NCBI GenBank assembly: GCA_009859145.1
Contig: VRVR01000025.1
Span: forward strand, 71,617 to 135,616
DNA from: Andalucia godoyi And28
Taxonomy: Eukaryota > Protista > Jakobida
Reading direction: 5' to 3'
DNA length: 64,000 bases
In this document: positions 40,366 through 52,300 of the stretch, piece after piece
Numbering within the stretch: position 1 is the stretch's first letter
Layout: every line of letters starts with the position of its first letter
The notes under the pieces: generated by a model
Databases searched by the model: none
The model's input: only the letters and a program-made list of their open reading frames with translations
Told to the model about the DNA's origin: nothing
Made by a program: the position numbers and the translations under genes

Positions 40366-42151
40366 ATGTCCTCGCAAGCTGCTTTTGGAATTGTAAACCA
40401 ATTGAGAGCCAACGGTATATCTGTTGAGCCTTCTGTGGTTCAGTTCATATATGACCGTCTTTCATCGAATGCAAATGTATGGGTTTTTTGCAGTTTTGCA
40501 GTTTTGCAGTTTTGCAGTTTTGCAGTGTTTCTTCTTGTTTTTCTTTTTCTGTTTTGTCTTTCCGTTTTCGTAGATCATTGGTTGATTGGGGAATGAATGC
40601 TGATGATGATGATGATCTTGTTGTTATTGTTGGTTATAGGAAACGCTGAAAGTGTTGATGAGAGCAAATGACGCGAGAAAACAGACGTTTCGCATGCAAG
40701 AGGTGTATACTACTACCATTCTGAATGTAGACAAGGCCGCAGAGTCGCAGCAAGCAGAGTTTCGAACGTTGGTGAAAAATACGTGTTTGGAAATCGCGGC
40801 GCTGAACGGACGAAGCGCTCTGTCGGTTCTTGAGAATTTTGTGGGTTCCGAGTACATTTCAGTTGTGGGAGATGCATTGTCCACGTTTGATCCAAGAACG
40901 CTTTCGCAGACGGCAAATCTTGAAAAGTTCAGATTGGTTTGCATCGGACTTCGTGGACTTGAAAACGGGATCAACCACGAGCAACTCGCAAATGCATTCC
41001 AAAACACGTATGCTACTTTTTCGCAGACGGTGGATAAGTCCATGTTTGATCTTCAGCGTATGATCTCCAATTATGAATGCGTACTCAACGCACGTGACAT
41101 TCTTGGAATCCCACCGCAAGCAATGCAAGAAGAACTATATAACAGAGTTCAGCTGATTGTGTGCTTGCGAGATGCAAAGTCACTTGCGGATGCAGCACAT
41201 GAAGACCTGGCCGTCGCGAAGAATTCTCTGGATAATCTTTTGGAGTCCTTGACTCCGGATTCGAAACAGGAGGTCTTCCATGAGATCGGAAAGAGGTATG
41301 ATGAAATGATCCACATTTCACCCTTGCTGCAGAAGGCCGTCATTGTGGCCCGCCAGATGGAACAGTTTTTGCAGTTTGACTCGTCGCTGCAGCCGTCGCT
41401 TGTCGAAAAAGCGTTTGAGGTGTCAAAGTCTCTGCCTGTTCGGAAACCACTTTCTGAGCAAGCGCATGGTTCAGACTCAAAGGGGTTTGCAGAAAGGACT
41501 CCGTTCAATGGAAAGAGGGTCCAGCTCAACGGTTTCGATGCAGTTGAGCTCGTCGACGGTCGTGGAGTGCTGCTTTCTGGCTCTCCTGATTTCTGCGTGC
41601 GCTACGCGGATGGCTTGTTTTTGTTCTCATCCTCCCAAAACGCAGACTCCTTTTGCGCTGCCCCTGCTGCGTACTTGGATGCGGTTCTTGCAGAAGCATT
41701 TGAGGGCCCCGAGCTCATCATTCTGCTTGGACTGTCGTCGCTGCTGCCGCTCGAATCCGTGCTTGCTTCTGTCGATTCTCGAGTTGGATCGTTTGGACAG
41801 GTTGGTTTCAGCGGCACCGCGCCTCCCAAGAAGGTGGATATGGGAACGGAAACCCCGGTGCATTTTGTTGAGAGACACATCGATCCAAAGTACACGTTCA
41901 GCGAATGGGAATTGCGACGCCGAGCGCTCCAGATGGCGGATCTGCGCAACAAGAGAACCAAGGGTCTCCAAACGAACAAGAGCCACTTTCGCCGAGAAAA
42001 CGAATCCCAAGTGTACTTGCCGAAGGCCCAGGCCGTGCAGACGGCAAAGGAATCAGGTACTCAAGGAAAGAAAACCGTTCGGTACATCGGAGGCCTTCGT
42101 GGCGACAAGGACACAAAGATGAATGTTGTCACTCTCGAGATCGATTTGTAA
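40366..42151 (+). CDS. CFAP206: Cilia- and flagella-associated protein 206; two exons (40366-40476, 40640-42151)
   Basis: C-terminus TETPVHFVERHIDPKYTFSEWELRRRALQMADLRNKRT...HFRRENESQVYLPK is the CFAP206 signature. The GTATGG...TAG intron is phase 0 and in frame. Confidence 0.85.
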
Positions 42152-42524
42152 ATAGCCTCTCAAACTCTCCTTTTTTTTATTTTCCCATTCATCCTGGGCA
42201 TAGTCCACTTCCCCGATGGAAGGATCTTCCGGGAAGTGCCCTTGCCAACCGGCGCGCGCAATCCATCGACATAAGAAGAATCTGATACTGCAGGAATGTC
42301 AATAATCACGGGGACATAACTTCCTTTATGGCTGGCCCAAAGACTGCATCGTCGGAAGAAGCACCAGCAGAGGGACCCCAGAAGCAGAAGTAGGCAACGG
42401 GTGCAGGAGACGGGATTGAGAAAAGGAAATTTCAAATAAAAAGAATACAAAACGGAAGAACGGGAACGGCAGAAATCTTGGTCTCTCTGAATTCAATGTT
42501 ATGGAAACGCATTTCTCCTTCTTC

Positions 42525-42570
42525 TTTTCTTTTCTTTTCTTTTCTTTTCTTTTCTTTTCTTTTCTTTTTT
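42525..42570 (+). repeat. (TTTTC)n pentanucleotide tract
   Basis: Directly visible. Confidence 0.9.
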
Positions 42571-42659
42571 TGTGCTCAATAACGTTCTTTGTTTGCCCTG
42601 CGAATGTGCTCATGGATCGCGGCCGAAATTCAGGCGGTGGGCTTTGCTAGAAACAAGAA

Positions 42660-44732
42660 ATGAGGCGCATATTCATTAGAATCCATGGGGCTCCGCAGTC
42701 CTCGGTATACTTGATAAAGGATGACGCGACGTGGAGCGACGTGTGCATGGATGTGAGGACTCGTCTCGATGAGTTTGGATTCTCAAACTTGTCTGTACCG
42801 GCTGAAGGTCTTTCTGCACTCTATGCGATGCATGGGCAGTCTGAATCTGTGTTTGCACCTTCGGCAGTCGCTAGCGCCACCGTGAAGGAAGATGAAATCG
42901 TGAAGTTCATGTTCTCTTCCTCACCGACACTGCAATCGCTGGATGCTGCTCGACCGCAAGGTCAGTTGCCCGTACCTCGGTCCCTTGAACCGGAATCGCT
43001 CCCTTCAGAAAAATCCACGAAACTGTATGTTTGGGCGAATATCGAGAACCTGGTTTCGCAATTGTTGGTTCTGGCCTCGCACATTGAGAATTCAAGCCAT
43101 CCTCACTGTCTGCTTCTCATTGTCTGTTCGACTGTCGAGGCGTTTGCACTGTCTCGTGTGTTGATGCGGTTGCAAGTTCGTGCAGCTTCCGTGAACACTG
43201 TGGCCGAGGTTTCCGATCTGTCCTTTTTGTCGTCGGTTCACCGAGTATTGTGCATCCCTTCTTGCTGGATCTCGTCCGCCGTCAGCGCCCAGTTCCCTAC
43301 TGTTGTGTTTCTGTCTCGTGAAATCCGACTGCAGATTTGCGGAAATCCAGATTTTGCAGACATTGAAGAGCGATGCGCGTTGATGCATTTTGAATTTTTA
43401 GACGAACACTCTAGTGCTTCAAAGCTGGAAACGTTTGCCGCAGGGCGGAGTCCTCTCAGCATCAGCGTTCTCCGAAGAGTGCCATCGCAAGGCAATGTGC
43501 ATGCATGTTTGCTAGCACCATGGCAGGAATCAGTCATTCGAGAAATCACGACCTTCCATTTCAGTCTTTGTGCTTGGTTGACCGAACAGAGTCTGAGTCT
43601 GGACTTGCTTTCCAAGAACTGTGGTGCTCGTCTGTGGGAGGAACTATGTCATCATGCAGAGAAGTGTGCCATTCTGTTCTTTCAACGCCCAGACTTCGCG
43701 CGTGTGTTTCGAGTACTTCGCATTCTCTCGCACCTGATGCGAATCGTCAATGAATCCAATGCCCTTGTCACTCTCAACTTTTTGGATGCCATGAAGCGCA
43801 AATGCGACTCCGAGTTCCCTTCCGGTACGGACGATGGCGACAAGATATGTCGCTGGCTCTCTTCCGTATTCACGGCTCTTGTCCATGCTCTAGAATCCGT
43901 TCCTCATTCCCAGCCGCCCAGTCCGCGCTGTGAGCTGCTGGCCAAGTTTGCCGCTGAATACATGAGTTCACACCCCAAGGAGTATGTTCTGTTGGTGCTG
44001 TCGTCGTCTGCTGTTTCCCAGTATCTCTCATTTGCATTCCCGGGTGTTCTGTCGCCCTCCTCCCGTCTCATCCACTTTGTATCCGCGTATCCAATCGTTA
44101 GCGACGGCAGTCTGACTCGGGAGCAGCTCCAGTGCCACACGATCATTCGCTTCGACTGCTTGGGGCCTGCTTCCGTGCTCGACTCCATCCCGTGTCTTGA
44201 TCGCGTATCGGATGCCAAGACTGTCATCCTGGAGTCTCATATCCATGACGTGCACCAACGTGAGGAATCTCTCAAGGCACGGATTCTTCAACATACATCA
44301 CCAATACCATCGCTGTATGATGCGTCGCTCCTGGTATCGTCTTCTCCGAGTTCCGTCAAACGGCGAAAGCGAGATCTGGAAGATGCGCAGCCGCCTGCCC
44401 CCGCGGCCTCTCTCCAACAGGCCACCCAGGAGCCTTCCGAGCACGCTCTCGCATCCGCGAAAACAAATCTGTACTTGTATCTCAACAAGTACAACTTGCC
44501 AATGCCCAAGTACGAGGTTGTCGAATCGTTTGGACCCGCACACAAGAAGCGTTTCCGCGTCAGAGTGATGCATGGAGAGCATGATTTCGTGTGCGAAGGC
44601 TCGTCTGTCAAGAACGCAGAGCGCAGAGGCGCGCACAGTCTCCTTGAGGCGTTTTACGGGGCCGCCTCCTCCGCCCCTCTCACTACCCTTTCCGTCGAAC
44701 TGAAGCACCAGTACACTGCTCCGCCGTCCTGA
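42660..44732 (+). CDS. Protein with C-terminal dsRNA-binding domain and degenerate Dicer/RIG-I-like helicase region
   Basis: dsRBD: AKTNLYLYLNKYNLPMPKYEVVESFGPAHKKRFRVRV...GSSVKNAERRGAHSLL. Upstream segments SPRCELLAKF...VLLVLSS and CHTIIRFD resemble the Hel2i/Hel2 parts of Dicer helicases. Confidence 0.65.
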   Translation: MRRIFIRIHGAPQSSVYLIKDDATWSDVCMDVRTRLDEFGFSNLSVPAEGLSALYAMHGQSESVFAPSAVASATVKEDEIVKFMFSSSPTLQSLDAARPQGQLPVPRSLEPESLPSEKSTKLYVWANIENLVSQLLVLASHIENSSHPHCLLLIVCSTVEAFALSRVLMRLQVRAASVNTVAEVSDLSFLSSVHRVLCIPSCWISSAVSAQFPTVVFLSREIRLQICGNPDFADIEERCALMHFEFLDEHSSASKLETFAAGRSPLSISVLRRVPSQGNVHACLLAPWQESVIREITTFHFSLCAWLTEQSLSLDLLSKNCGARLWEELCHHAEKCAILFFQRPDFARVFRVLRILSHLMRIVNESNALVTLNFLDAMKRKCDSEFPSGTDDGDKICRWLSSVFTALVHALESVPHSQPPSPRCELLAKFAAEYMSSHPKEYVLLVLSSSAVSQYLSFAFPGVLSPSSRLIHFVSAYPIVSDGSLTREQLQCHTIIRFDCLGPASVLDSIPCLDRVSDAKTVILESHIHDVHQREESLKARILQHTSPIPSLYDASLLVSSSPSSVKRRKRDLEDAQPPAPAASLQQATQEPSEHALASAKTNLYLYLNKYNLPMPKYEVVESFGPAHKKRFRVRVMHGEHDFVCEGSSVKNAERRGAHSLLEAFYGAASSAPLTTLSVELKHQYTAPPS

Positions 44733-44944
44733 CATGCGCTTCTCTCTGCCATCCGCTCGCCATGTAGTCTCCCTTTCCCAGGAAAAGAGGAGATTGCAAG
44801 GCGGGTGAAAACAATGAGTGCCAACAACAACAACAACAACAGCAAGAAGAAGCAGAAAACGCACTACTTTTTTTAATTACATAATACACAAAGAGCTGAC
44901 AACAAACACGAATTTATCCCGAGAAAACGGTATGTACATCCAAT

Positions 44945-45301
44945 CTACTCTTGCCCAACTCCATCATCCGATCGCGATGCCATATCTACTCAACACCAAT
45001 ATTAATTATTAAAAACAAGATCCAGCAAGAAAACACGAGGGGGAACAAAGAAAATACGCGCATAAAGGGAGATTATCAAGTAAATGGAAGGAGGAGAGGG
45101 GATTGACATACAGTTATAATTGAGAAGCTTCTCGATGAGGTCGACGTGGGTCAAGAGCATTCTTCGGCAGCAATATCGCTTCAATCCCAGCTCGTCCAAA
45201 GACTCGTTTTCTGATCGACCTTCGCGGATGTTTCTGACATAGGTCTCATACTTGTTTCCAATTACCTTTCCACACGTAAAGCAGCGCACAGGGATGATCA
45301 T
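44945..45301 (-). CDS. RPB10: RNA polymerase I/II/III shared subunit RPABC5; two exons (45301-45112, probably 44985-44945)
   Basis: [15 protein letters not shown]...[22 protein letters not shown], then a GTATGT donor. The second exon is inferred. Confidence 0.95.
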
Positions 45302-45941
45302 TTTCCGGGATGCCTCTCTTCCGCAATAAGCAAACAACAACAAACAAAAACTTTAATTATGAAACTTTTTATCCACCCCCAAAAAAAAACCCCCTTTAAA
45401 ATAATAAATAATAAAAAGTAAAAAATACAATTGAAGAAAAGCTTTTTTTTAAAAAAAATTCAGTGAATGGAAAGATGCTCTAACAACATGCAGATAAGCA
45501 GAGACAGAGAGAGAGAAAGAGAGGGCGAGAAAAAATCGTAGATGCGCGCAGACGTCAAGAGAGGCACAATACAAAATGCACAGTGAAATGAGAAAGGACG
45601 GTGGGGGGTTTTCTTACAGCAGTTGACGACGAAAAATTGAAAGGTTTTACGGTATTCACGTTGATGCTCAATCCTTGGTGATTTTCTTTTCTTTCGTTTT
45701 TTTATTTTTTTTATTATGATTTTTTGATTTGCTTTGTGAATCAGATTCTGCTCATCAAGGCTTGTTATTATTATAATTATTTTTCTTGTCTTGTCGTATT
45801 TTATAGTGTGACGAGGAGAAAAGAGGAGGGGTGGAAAAGAAACGAGAAGAAGAAGACAGAAGAACGATTTTTTATTATTTTTTTTTTAATTTAAAATTTT
45901 AAAGAAAGAGGAGGTTGTTCGGATTGTTCAGGTTGGCGGGT

Positions 45942-48900
45942 ATGTTTCGGGTTTCCAAGGTTCTTTGTGAGTCGAGGAAGTTTTCTGTGGGTAATGTTGT
46001 GCATGGATGGCGAGTTGTGTCGATTGATAACATTCCAGAGCTTCATGGGTTGAATGCAGTCCAGCTTGTGCATGAGCGACTTGGTTCTCTCTTCCTTCAT
46101 CTCGATGCTCCAGACACGAATAATGTGTTTTCCGTGACATTTCGGACACCAGTTTCCTCAAATAATGGTATTCCACATATATTGGAACACACAACGCTGT
46201 GTGGATCGAAAAAGTATCCTGTCCGCGATCCGTTTTTCAATATGATTAAGCGATCCCTCAACACGTACATGGTATGCCTTCTTTTCGCTTTTCGTGCTGT
46301 TTTGTTGTTTGTGCTGACGCGTGCTTTTATGATGCTGTAGAATGCCTGGACTGCTGGGTCGTATACAATGTATCCATTCTCGACGCAGAATGCAAAGGAT
46401 TTTGAGAATCTGCTCTCAGTGTACACGGATGCGGTTTTCTTTCCGAATTTGGAGAAACAGGACTTTCTGCAAGAAGGACATCGGCTGGAGTGGGACAAGT
46501 CGACGAATTCGTTTGTGCTGAAAGGCGTTGTTTTCAACGAAATGAAGGGAGTGATGAACGACCCTTCCACGTTGTTTGCATTGCGAATGATGACGGAGAT
46601 GCTGCCGAATACCCCGTACGCCAATTACTCCGGAGGCGACCCCTTGGAAATTCCGTCGTTGACGCATGAAGAACTGGTTGCATTCCAGCAGAAACACTAT
46701 CATCCTTCCAATGCGCGGTTTGTGACGTATGGTTCGTTCGGACCCGAGAAGACGCTGCAGTTTTTGAACGATAAGATCTTCCCCTCTTTTGAGAAGCGGT
46801 TGGATGTGCCATCAGCTCCCAACGCCGTCACAACGTTCGCCAGGCCAAAGATCCTTGAGATGACCGGCCCTGCGGATCCACTTCGAAGCGTTTCTGAGCA
46901 AGGAGTCCGATGGGCTCGGTCATATCTATGTTGCGATGCGCAGGATGTGGATCAGAGCTCCGCTTTGCAAGTGGTCTCTTCGTTGCTGTTGGATGGCCCA
47001 TCTTCTCCGATGTTCAAGGCTCTGATCAAAAGTGGTCTTGCACCGGATTTTGCTCCAATGACGGGGTATGATTACCACACACGCTCGACAATGCTGACTC
47101 TCGGTGTTTCCGGAGCGCAGGAAAGTGAGCTTGGAATGATCAAGGGCGTCATTGACCATACTCTCATCGAAAGTGCCGACAAGGGATTTGATCCGCAGCG
47201 GGTGCGAGCGTTGATTCACAAACTTCAACTGTCACTGAGAAAAACACAGGCAAATTTTGGCTTGAATTTGGCGTCGAGGATCATGCCGTTCTGGGTTCAC
47301 GACTGCAATCCAGTCGACTTGTTGCGTGTCAATCGGTTTACGGAACAGCTGCAGAAGGCCGTGGATCATCCGAGATCTAGGCTGCTGGAGTCGCTCGTGG
47401 AGCAGTATTTGCTGCCGAATGTGAATCCGCATACGGTAGAATTGCTCATGAGACCCGACGAGACGTTTGCATCCAAACAGACGGAGAAGGAAGAACGCAT
47501 ACTGCGAGAAAAGGCCACGGCTGCCGATCGCAATGAAGTTGTTCGCGTCCAAGAAGAACTGGAGAGTCGTCAACAGCAGAAACAAGACATCTCATGCCTT
47601 CCTTGCATTTCTTTGGAGGACGTTAGTCCAACTGTGGAGTTTCATACCATGCAATTTTCTTTTCCCACAAGGCAACTGAACTCTACTGTTGTCTTCAACG
47701 ATCAACCGACGAATGGTATTGTTTATTTCTCTCGAATTTTGCCTGTGGACCTGAGGTGCGTTCCGCAGTCCAAGATCATGATGCTAAATTTGTTTGTTTC
47801 GTTTCTCCCTCGACTTGGCACACAGTCTTTCGCAGAAGACGAGCTATCTGTTGCCCTTGATTCCGCAGCGGACTCCGTTTCTGTGGGGTCTCTGATCACA
47901 AACGATGAAACTGCGTTTGTTCTGGGAGCTTCCGCACTTGCGGATGGTTCGTTTTTCGACTCCAAATGGCGCAAGACGTCGGAGCTGCTCTACGAGATTC
48001 TTGAGTCTCCTAGGTTGGACAATGTCGATCGTGTTTCTCAGATGTTGCGAACCATGATGCAGCAGCTTCCTTCCGAGATTAGCGATTCAGGAAGTTCATT
48101 GGCAATGCGTTATGCCGCAGCAGGGCTGTCCCAGGAACATGAGATCATGGAACTGACGAGCGGAATCTCGTACATTCGCAATGCCATGCGATTGGGGGAT
48201 GACCCAACGTATGTGCTTTCCATGATCCGAGACTGGCTGGGCTCGCTGTACAATGCTCAGATGGAGGCGCTTCGGGGCCCTGCCAATTCGATCGCTGTCG
48301 GAACAGCGAGAAGTTTGTACATTGGACCAACGGAACTGCTCAAGCAGTGTGCGCCGGCATTTTCCCGCCCGTTCTCTCCGTCCGTGTCGCTCCGGCCTGA
48401 CCTGAACCAGGAGTTACCGTCGCAAGTTGTCGAATTCAAGAACCACGCATACTTCGTCACTCCGGCGTCCCAAGTGGAATACGCTGCTGGTGTCATGAAG
48501 ACAGACATTGCGTATGAGTCGCTGGACTCAGTCGCGTCGCAGGTGCTTGTTCGAATTCTGTCTTCGCAGTACCTGCATCGGCTGGTCCGTGAGCAAGGTG
48601 GGGCGTATGGCTCCAGCGCATCCTTCAACGTTCTCAATGGGTCTTTTGGAATGTCGTCTTTCCGAGACCCGAATGGCCTGAGATCGATCAGTCTGTTTCA
48701 AGGAGGCCTCGCGTGGCTGAAGCAATACAACGTAACAGAGCAGGATTTGACGGAAGCCAAGCTCGAAATGTTCCAAGGAATGGACGCACCCACCGTGCCC
48801 CAAAGCCGCGGGTCCCTGGCATTTTTGCGAGGAATCTCAGACGAACAGAGACAGCGGCGGAAACAGTGGATCCGTTCCTTGGTGGCGGAGGACGTATATC

Positions 48901-49037
48901 GTGTGGCGGACCGCTTAGAAGGCCATCTGAAGAAGCACGGGATGCGTGTCTGCATTTTTGGTTCTGCCGAAGGTGCCAAGAAGGCGGAAAGGGAGGGCTG
49001 GACAGTCGAGGATTTGTCGATGAATTCCGAGGTCTGA
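45942..49037 (+). CDS. PITRM1: Mitochondrial presequence protease (M16C); intron 46272-46340
   Basis: Inverted zinc motif HILEHTTLCGSKKYPVRDPFF. Splicing gives LNTYM|NAWT. Further motifs are GVVFNEMKG, YSGGDPL and VREQGGAYG...SFRDPN. Confidence 0.95.
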
Positions 49038-49351
49038 TGCACGGAGGAAGAGGACCGGTCTAATGTTGATGATGAAGACGACGACGACGACGATGGAGAA
49101 TAAGGTGGAGAAGCGAACAATGTCAGCAATAGCGGAGTGCCGACAGCAATTGATACCCGCAGTTTTGGGACTTTTGCCTGGTTCTTCGGAATCGGCAAAC
49201 TCGTGAAAACCCATATTTGTTACCAGCTGCCAGCGAGTCTGGCCAAAACCGACAAAATTGGTGGATAGAACGATATTCAAAACAAAATACAATAATAATA
49301 ATAATCACTGTAATAATAATAATGATAATAATAGGTAAATATAATGCGAGT

Positions 49352-52300
49352 CTAGAGCGGCGGGAACACGGCAGACGCAGTAGAGCCTGCAGGAGAAAAG
49401 CTGGCTTTCGGTGGTTTGCGGCTTGGCGCAAAAGCGGGAACTGGGTTCTTGGCAGAGCGCTTTTTAAACAGCTCCAATCGCTTGGCGGGATCCTTGAGCT
49501 CATCGCGGCGCTGACGCTGCAGCTGCATCTTGTGATACCGCTCATACTTCTTGAGCATGTTTTCCGCCACGCCCGGCTCATGAAAGCCCCATTCTTCCGA
49601 GATCTTCGTGATCTTTTCTTCTTTCTTATGTCGCGGAGACAATATATTGTTGACATTACCAACATCGTCAAGTATTTCGGTGTGAACATCGCTTGAAGTA
49701 TCGCTGTGGGATGTATGCAGCCGTCCTGGAAACTCATCATCGTGACCAGAATGAGGGGCTCCGATTTCAAACGACGCAGCGTGATGCATACTTCGATGCG
49801 ATGGTGTCATCACGGATCGTGCAGAATCCAAATGCATCGGTTCAAACTCAAATTCCGTATCAAGATTGTCCATGTCCGATTCTGTGGTCAGCAAACTGAA
49901 AACAGAATCCTTTGGGATGAAGAGGTCAACGTCCACCTCCGGAAACTCGTCGTCATCGTCAATGAACCTTGCACGAGCCATGATTCTTCGGATGCGGTGC
50001 CCGCGAAAGATCTTCTGGATCTGGACGGCGGCAGCACTGCGAAGCACGTGCAATCGTGAAAGGACGGCGGAAACCTCCGGATGCTGCCGGCGACAAAGAA
50101 ATCCACGAATCACCGCCTGGATCCTCACGGCAGCTGCATTCGTCTGTTGCTGAAGAGCAACTCGTTGACGGACCAGAAATCCGCGGACGATGCGCTGAAT
50201 GGAGGTGGCAGCCCGTGATCGTGAGGCGTTCTCCCTGGCTCTCACATAAGAAGGATTCCTGCGCATAACGTTGACAGCCAACTTGCGAGCCTCCAAAGGT
50301 TTGTCTGACCACATCTTCAGTTCAGCTTGCCTTTTGCCCAGGAAACGCTGAGTCTCTTCCAAATGGCGAACCCGCATTCTGATTTCTTCTGCTGCATGTT
50401 TCTGCTGCTGTTGAAAGTCCGCAGCAACAGGTGCTGGTCTTGCGCCGGGCAGCCGCTCGGTGCGCTCGCGCCGATGTCGGCTTGTGAGTTCCAAGCGATC
50501 TCTATGCGACATCTTGATGAACTGCGCGAAGCCGTTTGAAAACTGCTGAACCTGCTTCGATGCAGAAGACTGCTCGTGTTCCCTGAAAATGTGCGCAACA
50601 GGGACAAAACGAGAATTACTTTCTGCACATGAATCAAGAAGACGCATCATTGACGAAGTGCGAAGTCGCGAAACAATGCGTCGCCACGCAGCCCAGCGCT
50701 CGCTCCGCTTAACAGCAGCGTCATCAATGTTTGTAATACCGCGAAGGCCACATAAGACTGCAGATCGAAAGAGCGGTCTTTGGCAGACAGGATTGTCGTG
50801 AACATCCAAACGCCTGAGGGTCATGCGGCATGGCAAAATACTCCACAGAAGTGCGGAATAGTCATGCAGCCGGTTAAATGAAACATCGAACCGACGGATA
50901 ATAGGATAAATCGGAGAAAACGAAAACGAGGTCGCTTTCGGGCCGTATTTCAATTCACGAGATGCATTCGAGATCGCATTCTCCGCAAAGTCCAGCTCTT
51001 CGATGAACGGAGCACAGGGAAGATGCGCCAATCCAGAAATGGAGTTGCCATTCAAAAATACTTTCGACAACAAGGAGTTTGTGAATCCACGAACATCGAC
51101 AGCGGATATTGAATTTCTATACGCAATGAGCGTTTCGAGTAATGAATTCTTGGAAAAAGCAGAAAATTCGAGGCGGTCTAAAGAATTACGGCCCACGTCG
51201 AGCGAGAACAAAGCAGGGAAGCTCTGGCATGTTTGCAGTGCAGCGGATATCAAGCAGTTTCTGTACAGGGAAAGGACATTCAGCGCAGCGAGCCCCTTGA
51301 GAGATTGGACACTTCGAATCATATTGTTGTTTGCTTGGATCGACCGGATATTGGAGTTTGCATCCAAGAATTCGAGATTCGTCAGTTTGTTCATGCTGCA
51401 CTCGACTAACACGAGACTCTTGCATGGCTCAAACAACTTGGGAGCAAGCCGGTCCACTTGATTATCCCGAAACCGCACTTCCTCCAAAAACGGAACGGAC
51501 TCGATAAACTGCTTTGGGATATCTGTGAGTCTATTCAGATTGAGACTTAGTGAGACTGGTCTCGCATTGCTCAGCGCACTCAGCAGTGACTTTGACACAT
51601 GAATCGAAGCAATGGCTTCGCACGAGAGGTCAATGACCGGATGACTGCCAGCAGGAAGAGACTCGATCTCGGGATGGTGCATCGTGAGCAAATCACTATC
51701 CAGAGTCTGCGAAGTCTGAAAAGGATTGTGCTGTTCTGGCTGTTGTTGTGGGTCCGACAGCTCCCCATACGGTACATCTTCCGAACCCCGAACAGTCGCA
51801 GATTGACCGGCGCTCGGAGCCGCCTGGGTACCGGTGAACAGTGTGCTCATTGGTACCACCACTGCCGACCCATCGACCACGGTCCGATCACTGGAAACCC
51901 ACGCACAAAAACCAGCATACAGCAAGGACGCTGGGGATCGCACGAGCTGCCGAACACATTTTGCATCGGGCCTTACAAACGTCAGTGTCAGTGGGACAGA
52001 ATCCTTCATCGCTGCCACCTGAATCTCGGGACGATGCACATTCGGTGAGTGAGCATGGCGCGCAGGCATTGAAAACAAACCAAGAATCCGACTCCTTTCT
52101 TTTGCACGTTCGAGGGCTTCCTTCTTTTGCTTCTCTTCCAGTAATCTCCTGGACTCTTCTTCCTGGCGCCGTTTCTCTTCCTCTGCTCTTTTGCGCTCTT
52201 CTTCTTTCCTCTTGAGTTCGTCGATGCGCAGCTTTTCCAACCGTTCCTGTTCCTTTCGCTGTGCTTCCAACATTTCTGCAACCTTCTTCATCTGAATTCT

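Noticed and set aside
42160-42613. Possible small minus-strand gene between CFAP206 and the dsRBD gene
   Set aside because: The ORFs are short, partly built from the (AAAAG)n tract, and I could not find a consistent splice or family motif.
28950-45301. RPB8 and RPB10, both shared polymerase subunits, lie within 16 kb
   Set aside because: They are separated by seven unrelated genes, which is plausible by chance in a compact genome.
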